Source of the DNA: Malacoraja senta
Taxonomy: Eukaryota
Reading direction: 5' to 3'
Assembly (NCBI GenBank): GCA_038087875.1
Contig: CM075988.1
Span: 8,806,001 to 8,870,000, forward strand
DNA: 64,000 nucleotides
Shown: positions 11,967-25,481 of the stretch, in pieces
Layout of the letters: each line of letters opens with the position of its first letter
Numbering within the stretch: the first letter of the stretch is position 1
Made by a program: the position numbers and the translations under genes
Notes under the pieces: generated by a model
Told to the model about the DNA's origin: nothing
Database searches by the model: none
What the model saw: the letters and a program-made list of their open reading frames with translations, nothing else

Positions 11967-12479
11967 TAGTACTGGCTTAAAGATTTACTGAGTTAACGAT
12001 ATAGCTCTGTGTTAGGATGACTGATCAAACTGGACAAGTTAACTGATGGGCTCCACCTCCAAAGTGAGAAACGTTGCAGAAAGGAGTAAAAGTGTCTGAA
12101 GAAGGGTCTTGACCCGAAGCGTCAGCTTTTCCTTTTCACCAGAGATGCTGCCTGACCCGCTGAGTTTCTCCAGCGGTTTGTGTCTATCTTCGGTTTAAAT
12201 AAGCATCTGCAGTTCCTTCCTACACAAGAGTGGAATAATATTTGAGTTAAAGTAGCAGTACTGTATTAAATGGACACTGACATGGACTCTGAGAAAGACC
12301 AGGGAAGTTTGAGAAAGCTTGAGTATTCTCAGGAGCCATGTCTAAGCAAAGATGTACATTGATGATGGAAATCACCACCACATTCAGCGTGCCAGCATAC
12401 CCTTTGGTCAGTTGAGGAACAGGGGTTTGAAGAATTTCAAGCGTCCTGTGTTTAATTGCTATTTGGAGCAGAACAATGA

Positions 12480-13690
12480 CATTCTTGCTTACTGCTTTAC
12501 ATTAGATGCAACAAAGCAACAAATAAATAAACAACAGACAATAATACAATAAATGATCAGTTATACTTGGTAACCAGACCATAATCATGCAAGCCATGGT
12601 ATGTAATGGAAACATATAACAAGTCCATGGTAGATCAGTACTGAAGTAGGGTTGTGCAATGTGGTTCAAGAAGTTGTTCTTGAATGTGGAGGTAATAGTT
12701 CTCAGGCTCTTGTACCTCCTTCCCAATGGTAGCAGTGAGATGAGAGCATGGCCAGGGTGGTATGATACGATACGATAGAACTTTATTTATCCCAGGAGGG
12801 AAATTGATCTGCCAACAGTCATAAAAACGCAAAATACTTGAAACGTCTACAGGTGTACAGTTGAGAGCATGCTGACCAGTTGCATCGTGGCTTGGTTCGG
12901 CAACTTGAGCGCCCAGGAGCATAAAAGACTGCAAAAAGTTGTAAACACTGCCCAGTCCATCATCGTCTCTAACCTCCCCACCATTGAGGGGATCTATCGC
13001 AGTCGATGCCTCAAAAAGGCTGCCAGCAACATCAAAGACCCACATCATCCTGGCCACTCACTCATCTCCCCGCTGCCTTCAGGTAAAAGGTACAGGAGCC
13101 TGAAATCTGCAACATCCAGGTTCAGGAATAGCCGCTTCCCCACAGCCATCAGGCTATTAAACACAACTTCAAACAAAACTCTGATCGTTAATAGCCCTTT
13201 GCACTTTATCTGTTATTTATGTGTGTATATATATATGCATTGGTATATGGTCACACTGATCTGTTCTGTTCTGTATTTATTTGTGCCTACTATATTTTAT
13301 TGTGCTGAAGCAAAGCAAGAATTTCATTGTCCTATCTGGGACACATGACAATAAACTCTCTTGAATCTTGACATGAAATTAAAGTGACGAGTGGAAAGGA
13401 TTGGGGGATGTGCAAAGGTTGGGGAGGGGAGGGAGGGAGGGAGGGAGGGATGAGGGAGGAGGGAGAGGTCAGTCTAAGTCTACCCCATGACAGAAGGGGG
13501 AGGAGTTGGAAAGTTTCCTAGCCACAGGGAAGAAGGATCTCCTGTGGCGATCTGTCCTGGGACTTTGACAATATTTGCTGCCTTCTTGAAGGACCACTTT
13601 CTGTAGATCCCTTTGAAAGTGGGGAGGTCAGTACACGTGATGGATAATGCAATGTCCATCACTTTCCACAGCCTTCTACATTCTGGGTAT
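12480..13690 (-). mobile_element. Older Rex1-type fragments, two nested families, hosting the 12844-13370 copy
   Basis: Minus-strand GRRYKSLRTITSTFKN (12502-12726) and DLPTFKGIY..KKAANIVK (13553-13662), split by a second family's 3' end at about 12761-13552. Confidence 0.6.
12844..13370 (+). mobile_element. Rex1/Babar-clade LINE 3' fragment
   Basis: ESMLTSCIVAWFG...IKDPHHPGH...LPSGKRYRS...FPTAIRLLN, then AATAAA and (TCTTGA)-type tail. Confidence 0.85.
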
Positions 13691-14071
13691 ATTGATTGCT
13701 TAGACAGAGCAGAAAGCTGTCTGACAGAGCTTTATTCACTGAGAACACTAACCAATCCAAATAAATTTAAAAAAAATGCTTCTGATTGATATTTAGGAGC
13801 TTAAAATGACAATCCTGTTTCAGTATGCAATCAAAGAAATTGATCTGGTTTAAGTAAAAGGAAGGTTTAATTTCAATTGAAGTGTTTTACTATTTTTGTA
13901 GCGTAATCCCTTTTAGGTGATGTTTAATGTCTGTGAGTCATATATAAGTATGCGCTTAGCAATATCTGCAATTTGGAATTCATAAACCATTGTAAATCTA
14001 GCTGCAACATTTGAATCAACGGATTTGTCATCTATGTTTATACCTGTAAATGATATTATGCCACAGTCTTA

Positions 14072-14502
14072 AGGGGCTGTCCCACTTGGGCGACCTAATC
14101 CGCGAGTTCTGGCGAGTTTGCCCTCGACTCATACTCGCAGCATGGTCGACACGAGGTCGTAGGCGGTTGTGCTTCATGCTTGAGAGTCGTCCCCGTATAC
14201 TAGAGGCCTCAGCTAGGTCGCGGCATGTTTTTCAACATATTGAAAAATGCCTGCGAGTAAAAAAAGGTGGCCATACTTTTTTTACTCGTAGGTTTAGTCG
14301 TAGTAGATCGTAGTAGGTCGGCATGTTAGTCGTAGGTAATCGAGGGTAGTCGAAGGTAGTCGTAGATAGTCTTCATCATAGTCGAAGGGAGGTCGAAGGG
14401 GATCAAAGGAGGTCATCTTCACTCTCCACTATTCGGTGTCCAATTTTCCCGAAGTTAGTCGTAGCTAGTCTTCAACATAGTTGAAAGAGGTCGAAGGAGG
14501 TT
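14072..14502. mobile_element. Truncated non-autonomous DNA transposon, possibly PIF/Harbinger-like
   Basis: Starts TAA-GGGGCTGTCCCACT; CpG-rich internal (GTCGTAG/GTCGAAG) repeats; no second TIR found. Confidence 0.4.
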
Positions 14503-15027
14503 AGCAGGGAGAGAAAGATCGGCCATGATTGAATGGCGGAGTAGACTTGATGGGCTGAATGGCCCAATTCTGCACCTAATCCTTATGACCTTAATAATGT
14601 TGAATATAGTGGAGAAGGGCCTGGACCCAAAACATCACCTGTGCGTGTTCTCCAGCGTTGCTGCCTGATCCGCTGAGTTATTCCAGAACTTTGTTTCCTT
14701 TTTGTTTAACTCAATATATCTTTATGTTGTTGTTCTATTTATTACTTTAGTGGTGATGATAACACACTTAAACTAAGTGGTTTAAATCTACAGCAGGACC
14801 ATAGAATGTCATGGAAATGTGCTGGTGCTTGGATTAGTCTTTCGTAGGTCATATACATTGTATTGTCAGCTCCACGCTTTCTCCCCTAAGACATGCCTAC
14901 TAATCGAAATAAGAAGAGTGATTGAAGATCGTAGGAACACTGAGGGGTGTTGGAAATCCTATGAGAGAGAATAAATTACAGAGCAACGATATGATGCTCT
15001 GAGAGCTGGCATAACCTCGATGGGCTT

Positions 15028-15330
15028 AGATTTAGAGAGGTCCTTTGGCTAACCAAGTCCACACCGGCCATTGATCACCCATTTACACAAGTGAGTTCTC
15101 ATGGTAGTTCTATGTTATCCTACTTTCTCATCAACTCTCAACACACTGAGGGCAATATACAATGGTCAATACCTACAAAACTAAACATCTTTGGGTTGTG
15201 GGAGGAAACCTGAGCACCTGGAAAAATTACACAGCGAGAACCCCATGTAGACGGCACTCAAGGTCTGGATCGAACTTGGTTCTCTGGCGCTGTGAGCCAA
15301 CAGCTCTACCTGCTGCACGGTTGCGCCACC
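15028..15330 (-). mobile_element. V-SINE, diverged; similar copies at about 2793-3055, 21050-21340, 23030-23240, 48835-49135
   Basis: Reverse complement of the family consensus. Confidence 0.7.
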
Positions 15331-17604
15331 TTATATGACCTTTATATGACAACAAAAAAAAGAGAAGTAAGTCTGGAAGTCATTATGAAGTATGACTAAA
15401 GCAGCCACTTATTTTAAACGGACTCTACATTGTGTTCATCAGGAAGTGAGCTAAGGAGAATTCGCCAGCTGCCATAATGAGTTGCAACTAACATGGTAAT
15501 TTTCCCATTTAGCTCACGTTGGACAGAGAGAGAGAGTTTGTTTAAAGGACTAGTCTACATTAGTGCCTCAAATATAATACCTGTTTCCACACTTCTGATG
15601 AGCAATGGGAGCTCACCAGTGACTGCCTCGGTAATATGTATGTTCATACAAGGGGCCTGTTTCTGTGCTGGTTGGGACATGTCATAGAGTCACACAGCAT
15701 GGAACTAGGCCCTTTGGCCCAATTCACCCATGACAACCAAAGTACCCCATCCAAGCTAGACCCATTTGCCTGTATTTGGCCCATATCCCCACCAAAATCT
15801 TTCTTACCTATGCACCTTTTCAAATGCATTTTAAACGTTGTAATTGTACCCACCTCAACCACTTATGTGAAAAACTTGCCTCTCAGGTCCCCTTTAAATC
15901 TTTCGCCTCTCAGCTTCTATTTATGCCCTCTAGTTTTAAACTTGCCCATCTAATATATGTTTGTGTTCATATATGTATTTGTGTTTGTGTGTATATATGT
16001 ATTTATACACATACACACGCGCACATATATATTATGCATATGTATATTTTATGGGGGTTTTTATGACTTGGCTATTTAATTTCCCTCCTGGGATTAATAA
16101 AGTTCTATCGTATCATATTGTATATATACATACATACTTATATACATGCTTATATATACACACACACACACAGTTGAGGCACGTACTATCGCAATGTTTA
16201 AGAAACATTTAGACAGGTACACGGATAGGATAGATTTAGAGGAGTATGGGCCAAATGCAGGCAGATGGGACTAGTGTAGAAGGGCATGTTGGTCAATGTG
16301 AACAAGTTGGGCTGAAGGGCCTATTTCCAGGTGGTATGCCTCTATGGCACTATGTTGCTGGGTTGTCGCATTTCCTATTTGCAAACTCTTTGGTTTGGGA
16401 ACAGTGCTCTGGAACAGACCCTGTCACAATGCAGGGGAGACACGGCTTCCTTTGTTCATGTGACACCAATCCCAGGCTGTCCAGTCTCTCCATATAACTC
16501 AAGTGCTCCTGTCCCAGCAACATCCTTGTTAAACCCTCTCACACATAATCACATCCTTCCTACAAGGTTTCAAGGTCAGTTTATTGTCACATGTACCAAT
16601 GAAGGTACAGTGAAATTCAGATTGCCATACAGTCATACAGATAACAAGCAACAAGACACCCACATTTGTTTTTTAACATGAATATCCACCACAGTGACTC
16701 CTCCACATTCCTCATTGTGATGGAAGGCAAAAATAGTTCAATCTCTCCCCTTCTTTGATCTCCCACGGTCGGGGCACTCGAACCTTCTGTTGTCGGGGCG
16801 ATCTTGACTCCCACAACCGCCGGTCGAGCCCTCCACATCGGGGCGATCAAGCTCCCGTAATGGGGGGGGGGGGATCTCAGCCCCTCGTGCCGGGCGATCG
16901 GACCCCAGGTCAGGGCTGGTCGAACCCCCTGCGGCTTGGAGTTTCCCGACATCAGTCTCTACCCGAGACTGCGAGCTCCTCGATGTTGAAATCCGCAGGA
17001 GCGTGACCACTGAAACTACACGCCACACTCCAGGTGCAGTGTCACTAATATCCCATGCAGTTGCAACATGACAGCACAACTCCTGCACTCGAGTGAGCCA
17101 AAAAATTGTGTTAAGCAGTGCTTTTTTGTAGACATTCAAGAATCAAGATTCAATTTAATTGTCACATGTATCAATTAAGGTACAGTGGAATTTGAGCCAC
17201 CATATAGTCATGCTAAGTAAAAAGCAAAAATATACACAGCACATAAAATAAGGTTTAACATAAACATCCACCACAGTGGAATCAACATTCCCACTGTGAT
17301 GGAAGGCAATAAAGTTCAGTCATCTTCATCCTTTGTTCACCCGTGGTGGTCGGGGCCTTTGAACGGGGCCGTTGCCGACAGTCCGCTGTTCAAGCCCTCT
17401 CGTCGGGATGATCGAAACTCCAGGACAGATTGGATTACTCCGCGGCATGGAGCTCCCGAGTCGGCCGCTTCTTACCAAAGACCGCTGCTTCACGATGTTA
17501 AAGTCCACAGGCCCCGCGGTCGGAGCTCACACACTGGCGATTCTTGGCAAATGATCCCAGGCTCTGCGATGGTAAGTCCGCGCCGCACTGAGGAAAGTCC
17601 GCCG

Positions 17605-18135
17605 CCAAATCTGAGGAAGGACATTATAGCCATAGAGGGAGTGCAGAGAAGGTTCACCAGACTGATTCCTGGGATGTCAGGACTTTCATATGAAGAAAGA
17701 CTGGATAGACTTGGCTTATACTCGCTAGAATTTAGGAGATTGAGAGGGGATCTTATAGAAACGTACAAAATTCTTATGGGGTTGGACAGGCTAGATGCAG
17801 GAAGATTGTTCCCGATGTTGGGGAAGTCCAGGACAAGGGGTCACAGCTTAAGGATAAGGGGGAAATCCTTTAAGACTGAGATGAGGTAAAACTTTTTCAC
17901 ACAGAGAGTGGTGAATCTCTGGAACTCTCTGCCACAGAGGGTAGTTGAGGCCAGTTCATTGGCTATATTTAAGAGGGAGTTAGATGTGGCCCTTGTGGCT
18001 AAAGGGATCAGGGGGTATGGAGAGAAGGCAGGTACGGGATCCTGAGTTGGATGATCAGCCATGATCATATTGAATGGCGGTGCAGGCTCGAAGGGCCGAA
18101 TGGCCTACTCCTGCACCTATTTTCTATGTATCTAT
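17605..18135 (+). mobile_element. CR1 3' fragment nested in a GC-rich non-autonomous retroposon (about 17137-18240; related copies at about 16565-17000 and 29420-29750)
   Basis: PNLRKDIIAIEGVQRRFTRL...TRGH, (CTATG) tail. Confidence 0.85.
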
Positions 18136-19764
18136 GCACCCGCGGCTTGGAGCTCCGGGCCGGTATCCAGGAAAGGCCGTACCACTCCATGTTGTAGGCC
18201 GCAGGGGGAGACAGAGATGCAACATGGAGAAAAATGACGGTAAATACAATTAATAAACACGCGTACCAGAGAACAAAATAAAGATGTTTAGCTTTTTAGA
18301 GGAGCTGGTACACTATACCATCACAAATAAAGCACCAGTGTTCAGAAATGTTGGTTTCCTAAATTGGTAGTTACAGCCCTGTTTAATACTTTTGGAGTAA
18401 TTTTGGGGTTCCCTATCCAGCAGTTTATATTATTGATCAGTAATACATTTGTAGTGTGACTGTGAACACAATATATCTTTTTGAGTCTTTTGCCTGCATA
18501 TTTTCTGAAGGGGTGGTGTTCTGAATGAGTTTAAAAAGTCACTCAAAGTTGAATTTCTTATGGCAAGGAAAACCTACAGATTACTTGTGATTTTTCTGGG
18601 TCATTGCTGAGGCAACATCAATGGAAATGTTGAAGATATGGAAATCATATAAATCTGTTTGACAGAATAAACTGAAGTAATACTTGTTGAAATTGCCACA
18701 GCCTTGTGTAAATCAAGAAAGCTAGATTATTAAAATGTTTTTGTATTTGATATTGGAAAGTATTACAGCTCAAATATCTAAGCAATAAGGGCTAAATCCT
18801 TTTTATGAAAATAATCTTTTCTAATCCAGGCACCAATCAAAATGAGAACATGCCTTTGATCCATTGCAGTGACATTTATGCTGCTTCTTATTCCTTCATG
18901 ACTGAACAAATGCATTTCTTTTAACTCCGTTATTGGTGAGAGTTATAGGAAATCATGTAATTATTTTATGAGTTTTCAATGCAAATTGAACTTAAATTCC
19001 AGCTGCCAATAATTCAATTACTTTTCAGTGATGTTTTCAACTATCTGTATTAATCAGACCAACTTGCATATCAATTATACATGGGCTAAATGTCTTCAGG
19101 AATCACTATTTTCTATTAGAAGCATCTACAGGGTCTTGGGATCATTGATAATGCAATGCAGAATTGGAGGTAAAGAGAGCACCATGCATTGAACCCACAC
19201 CTTTTAATTGTAGAAATGCTTCCTCAGAAGATATTTTATACCATGCACAAATTTACTTAACATTCACCTCAGTGAAAGATGAATTAAGGAGTGGTGTGAA
19301 ACCAAATGTCACAGTGCCTGCTTGGTCTTGTCGGTAACAGTACATCCGATTCTAAAGGTTTGATACACTTTTATGCAATTGTTAACTTCCTGCACTTGTA
19401 GCTGGTGAATACAAGGAGAAAAATCTCAACTTTTAGTGTCAAACCTTTTAGCTGAAATCACTCTCCCCTGCAGCCATTCCAGTAATTCTATCTCTCTAAA
19501 TTCTCTCTAGAGACTTTAAAAGCTTCAATTTTCCACAAAATGTATGGTTGGCATTACGAAATACATTGCCAACAGAGGTTTATCAGTGTAACGAAGCACA
19601 AAGCAATATTCTTATCGGCGAGTTTTTTTCTCTGCAGATAATTTCAAAACCTTCATATAGAACAGGCCATAATGAATCAAACTGATAGCCAAACAATAGA
19701 TGAATTCATCAAGAAGCATTATAATCCACAAAACAATCTCTTTACATGCATAACTTTGGTGAAC

Positions 19765-20607
19765 TTTAGACTTCAGAGATACAGCACAGAAACAGGCCCT
19801 TCGGCCCACCAAGTCCATGCCGACCAATGATAACCCTGTGCACTAGCACCAGCCTACAATAGGGACAATTTATAATTTCTACCAAAACCATTACCTGTGA
19901 GCAAATTTGGGCCCTATATCTGAGGGAGGATGTGCTTGTTCTGGAGAGGGTCCAGAGGAGGTTTACAAGAATGATTCCAGGAATGAGTGGGTTAGCATAT
20001 GATGAGCACTTGACAGCACTGGGCCTCTACTCGCTGGAGTTTAGAAGGTTGAGGGGGGACCTCATTGAAACTTACAGAATAATGAAAGGCATAGATAGAG
20101 TGGATGTGGAAAGGATGTTTCCGCTGGTGGGAGAGTCTAGGACCAGAGGTCATAGCCTCAGAATTACAGGGTGCATTTTTAGAAAGGAGGTGATGAGGAA
20201 CTCCTTTAGTCACAAGGTAGTTAATCTGTGGAACTCATTGCCACAGAGGTCTGTGGAAGCCAAGTCAGTGGAAAGGCAAAGATAGACAAATTCTCGATTA
20301 GAATGGTGTCAATGGTTTGGGGAGAAGGCAGGAAAATGGGATTGGGAGGCAGAGAACAGCCACGATTGAATGGCGGAGTAGATTCGTTGGGCCAAATGGC
20401 ATAATTCTACTCCTATAACTTGTGAACTTGTGAACCTACAAACCTGCAGATCTTTAGAGTGTTGGAGGAAACAGGAGCTCCTGGAGAAAACCCATGCAGT
20501 CACAGGGCGAACGTGCAAACTCCATAAGACAGTCCCATAGTCAGGATTGAACCCAGGTCTCTGGCGCTCTAAGGCAGCAACTCTACCGCTGCGCCACTAT
20601 GCCGCCC
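19765..20607 (-). mobile_element. V-SINE interrupted by a + strand CR1 3' fragment (about 19896-20432)
   Basis: SINE halves flank LERVQRRFTRMIPG...LYSLEFRRLRGDLIE. Confidence 0.8.
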
Positions 20608-23600
20608 CAACCATAGAGGCAACATTGCTTAATGATGGAACACATATGTGAAGCATGAGGGTAAGGAATGAGTGTTGAATATTATGGTGATATTTAGAAG
20701 GGTAATGAAGAGTCGAAAGTGTTAACCTTCATGAACCTCTTAAAGTGGCCAGATTAGGTTTAAGAGAGGAGATTCTAGATAGCTGGTGGCTCAGAATTCA
20801 GTGGTGGAGCAAGAGATGTTGATGCACGGAGTCGAGTTGGAGGATGTGATGAGTAGGGATAGTAGGAGATAGGTGGGGGGTTAATAACAATAGGATTGAA
20901 AAGCAGGTTCAACACAAGTATAACAAAGATATACTGAAGATAATGTTTGCATGAAGCCCACAATGGTTAACAAAGACAAGGGTGCTGGCAAAGGATATTC
21001 AGCACACACGATGTACAGTAAGCAGCATGTGTTCAGCAGGCTTCATTCAGAGAACAGCATGGAAACAGGCACATCGGCCCACCGAGTCCATGCCAACCAT
21101 TGACTAGTTCAATGTTATGCCACTTTCAAACCCACCCCCTACACACTTGGGGCAATTTTACAAAGGCCAATTAACCTACAAACCTACGCATCGTTGGGAT
21201 GAGGGAGGAAACCGGAGCACCCAGAGGAAACCCATGCAGGTCACAGGGTGAGCGTGCAAACTCCACGCCGGCAGCAGCCAAGGTCAGGATTGAACCCAGG
21301 TCTCTGGCGATATGAGGTAGCGGCTCTACCAGCTACGGCATTGTAGTTGAATTTAAATTTACAAAATGGAGGTACAAGGACTACAGCGTGCTACAGAAAT
21401 CTGCAGAGATGCTGAAATCTTGAGCAAAACACAAAGTGCTGGAGGAACTCAACAGATCAAACAGTATAGGTGGGGGGGGGGGGAATGGACAGACGGTGTT
21501 TTGGGACCCTTCTTCAGATGGAAGGGTTCCAATCTGAAACATTGCCTGTCCATTCCCTCCACAGGTGCAGGCTGATCCGTTGAGTTTGTATTTTCTGTAG
21601 TTTACAAAAATGCTAGATGAAAACAGCAGAGGCAATTTTATACTTCAGATTTTTGTCCAATACAAACTAGATTCTGAATCCTCAAACTCAACCAATGAAG
21701 GAATATTAGTCTGTGTTCCATCATTAATTTGGTGAACCTTACTTCAAACATGTATTGAGATTGTTTTTGAGAAGTATAATGCTTCTTGATCCTTGGACCT
21801 ACTGTCTGCTAATTGGTTTGGTTCATTCAACTGCCCTGCCCCTCACAGCAGATTGAAGTAGCCAGAGACTTGCCCACAGTAATTTGGGATAAAAACTGTT
21901 TGGTCCTCTTTCTAACATTAAGAATACGGTTTGGCTGTCTCATGGACAAACAAGGAACTGCAGATGCTGCTGTACAAAATAAAGACACAAAACGTCACCT
22001 ATCCATGTCGACCAGAGATACTACCTGACCTGCTGAGTTACTCCAAAACGTTTGTCTGTTCATTGTGTTCTTCCTGTTCATGATCGCAGAATTATATTAG
22101 TTGTGTTCGGGGCTAATGTGCATTTTGTCGAGGTTGCCTAATTAACTAGTGCTTGCATTATCTGGCGCTACTTCAGCAGAAAACGAAAATATTTTAACGC
22201 TAATGAGCTCTAAAACTACTGCTGTAGTTTTGCTTTTTTTCTTAATGAGCTGTTCAGCATAAATTGCCCTTTTGATCTACAAGCAGGATGCGTTTCCAGC
22301 ATTAAATCTTCACTAATTTACAATGTGTAACAATTTAAAATATCTGATAGAAGGAACTGCAGATGCTAGAATCTTGAGTCAAGTGCTGCAGTAACTCAGC
22401 GGGTCAGGCAGCATCTGTGGAGAACATGTCCATCAGATTGTATTTTAACCTAAAATGATCTAATCTTTGTATTAACAAGGAGTGGGACTAAGGGAGGTCA
22501 CCTCATGAAAATAAAACATTGTTTGTTTTCAGCATTTAACAGTTTGTCATTGGTATCTTAGGCAAAGTAGGACTTGCAGTTAGAGAAATGCTCCCTCAGA
22601 ACTTTTGGTCTAAGGCATTCAGACGAGGAGCAACACAATTTTGGTACAAATAGAGGTTCCACCACAGTGCCAATCATAGCAATTCAACTGTACATTGATT
22701 GGATCTTCCTAACTATAGTTCATCTTTGAAGCAGATCTGACCGTGTGGTGAGCTAATATGAGGATATGACCTCTTATAAGCACGACGGTGAGATGCTTTA
22801 GACAACTCACCTACATCTAGTTGAGGGCAAGTGGAGTTTTGTGAATACCTAGACTCTGACCAATTTTGTGTGCTCCTTTGAGAAGTAGCAGATATTGCTC
22901 AGCCATGATCCCCTGATTTCAGATGCAGGATAATCTGACTATCTTATCTGCCTTACATTTACAGAGGTCTATGTTTACATATCTCTTGTGCTGCTGCAAG
23001 TAAGAATTTCATTGTTCTGTTTCGGGACTTTACTTTAGAGATATAGCGCGGAAACAGGCCCTTCGGTCAACCGAGTCCACAGTAACCAGCAATCACACCC
23101 CGTACACTAGCACTATCCTACACACGACGGACAATTTAGAATTTTACCAAAGCCAATTAACCTACAAACCTGTAGGTCTATGGAGTGTGGGAGGAAACCG
23201 GAGCACCCGAAGAAAACTCACATAATCAAGGGGAGAATGTGCATTTGGCGCATCGAGTCTACTCCGCCATTGAATCATGGCTGATTTATCTTTACTTCTC
23301 GACCACATTCTCCAGACTTTTCCCCATAACCCTTGACGCCCTTACCAATCAAGTATCTATCAATCTTTGCCTTAAAAGTACCCAATGACTTGGCCTCCAC
23401 AGTTGTGTGTGGCAATGAATTCCATAGATTCACCACCCTCTGATAAATTCTTCTTCATCTCCTTTCTAAAGTACTTCCTTTTATTCTGAGGCTATACAAT
23501 CTGGTTCTAGACTCTCCCACTAGTGGAAACATCCTCTATACATCGACTCTATCCAGGCATTTCACAATTTGGTACGTTTCAAAGAGGTCCCCCCTCATCC

Positions 23601-23734
23601 TTTTAAACCCCAGCGGGTACAGGCCCAGTGCTGTCAAACGCTCATCATATATTAACCCAGTCATCCTCTGTGACTTACTGGTGCTCCTAATTTGTACCTC
23701 AGAATTTTAAAAGAGCTTCTACTGTCTTTTTCAG

Positions 23735-23877
23735 ATGTGCTCTCACAAGTTCGGCTGGAGATGCCAAGCTCCCAGCGGGTCACCATTGGCGATAGAGTTG
23801 TCTTAACCGGTCAGATTATCACTGCCTCGTCAGATATAAACATCACGTTTGTCAGTTGGAGGAAAGGGAACAGAACA
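23735..23877 (+). CDS. ESAM: ESAM exon: N-terminal half of Ig V domain (first exon after the unlocated signal-peptide exon)
   Basis: Acceptor tttttcag|, donor |gtaagt; phase 1 to 0; encodes VLSQVRLEMPSSQRVTIGDRVVLTGQIITASSDINITFVSWRKGNRT. Confidence 0.85.
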
Positions 23878-24341
23878 GTAAGTTAACAGAGGTTCAAGTG
23901 ATATCACAGCAACAAATATTGAATGTCTAAACTGAGGTGACTTCATACATTTGGAATTTATGTCTCCAATTATTCAGCAACAAAGGACTGTGTTTGCTGC
24001 TGCTTCTTATCGAGTCCACATACAAGATCAGAAGTTGTTCAGCCAGAGCTGAACACACTTCTCGGCATCTGCACAATGGTGTCTGTCTTGTGCTTCTTGT
24101 GCGTGGTGGTGGAAAGATTGGTGGAAACAGGGCTGCGACGTGAATGCTCTTTCCTTGACCCGAGTCTTTGCTAGACCACAGTTAGCGATTCCAGCTTCCA
24201 ATCTCCATTTTACTATTAGAAGGTAATATGTTGAAACATATGCTGAAGTGGATTCTGACAGCAATACAGATATCAAGAATACCAAATGTCTATATTTGTG
24301 TGGTTTGCTCTTGGAAGGGGTTTGGTGTATATGAGAAATTA

Positions 24342-24630
24342 AGTTTAGCTTGGAGCTACAGTGTGGAAACAGGCCCTTCAGCCCACCGAGTCCCTGCCCA
24401 CCAGCGATCCCCGTACACAAACACTGTCCTACACACTAGGGACAATTTACAATTTTACCAAGCCAATTAGCCTACAAACCTGTACATCTTTCAGAGTGTG
24501 GGAGGAAACTGGAGCTCCCGGAGAAAACCCACACGGGTCATGGGGAGAACATACAAACTCCGTACAGGCAGCACCAATAGCTGGATCGAACCCGGGTCTC
24601 TGGCCCTGTAATGCAGCAACTTTATCGCTG
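24342..24630 (-). mobile_element. V-SINE
   Basis: Family consensus, reverse strand. Confidence 0.8.
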
Positions 24631-24697
24631 TTAATGTTAATGAACGGTGAAGAAAAAATCCAATGCAGCTCTAAACTACATTAGAAGTGGCACAAGA

Positions 24698-25481
24698 GCC
24701 AGACACTCTTTAATACAATTTAAAGTACTACATAGATTACATTATTCTAAAACAAAACTAAATAGAATCTTCCCACATATCTCCCCTATCTGTGATAAAT
24801 GTCAACATTTAGAGGCTAACCTAACACACATTCGCAAATTGTATAAAAATCACAAAATTTTGGACGGACATTTTTAGAATAATATCTATAGTTGTCAACA
24901 CTCAATTGGATCCTGATTTAAAATTAATAATACTAGGAATATCAGAACAAAGTCTAACACTTACAACAACCCAAAGAAACTTCATCGACTATAGTATAAT
25001 AACTGGAAAAAAATTCATATTAAAATTTTGGAAAGGTCCTATAACCCCCACAATTAAAATGTGGATTATGGAAATGTCTGAGACCTTACATTTGGAAAGA
25101 ATCAGACTTGTCTTAATGGACAAACAAGAGCTTTTTATCAGAACATGGTCTCCATTTATTGACTATTTGAAGGGACAGACTGGTTCGGCACGAGAACCTG
25201 ACTGAAACTCGAATTAAGGATTAGATGAAAAGTTATATTTTAAAATTTACGAATTCATCTCCAATGTTGTACTTTTAGTAAATTATTCCATTCTTCTTTA
25301 TCATGGTTTTTTTATCCCTTCTTTCTTTTACTCTCTTATTTTCTACCTATATATAAAAAAATAAAAAAATACTAGAAGCAGAGTTAATATCAATCGATAA
25401 TATTAGTAATGTAGGAATGAAATACATGAAATGTTTTCAATATGATATGTACCCGCCTCTAATAAAAATATTATTTAAAAA
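24698..25481 (+). mobile_element. 5'-truncated L1-clade LINE with 15-bp TSD
   Basis: IQFKVLHRLHY...CDKC...LTH (L1 C-terminal Zn-knuckle region), WSPF, AATAAA and A-rich tail; TSD agaa(g/a)tggcacaaga at 24683-24697 and 25482-25496. Confidence 0.85.

Noticed and set aside
14808..15640. ATG/donor-like sites near 14808 and 15493-15630 as ESAM exon 1
   Set aside because: Early stops, wrong phase or no signal-peptide character
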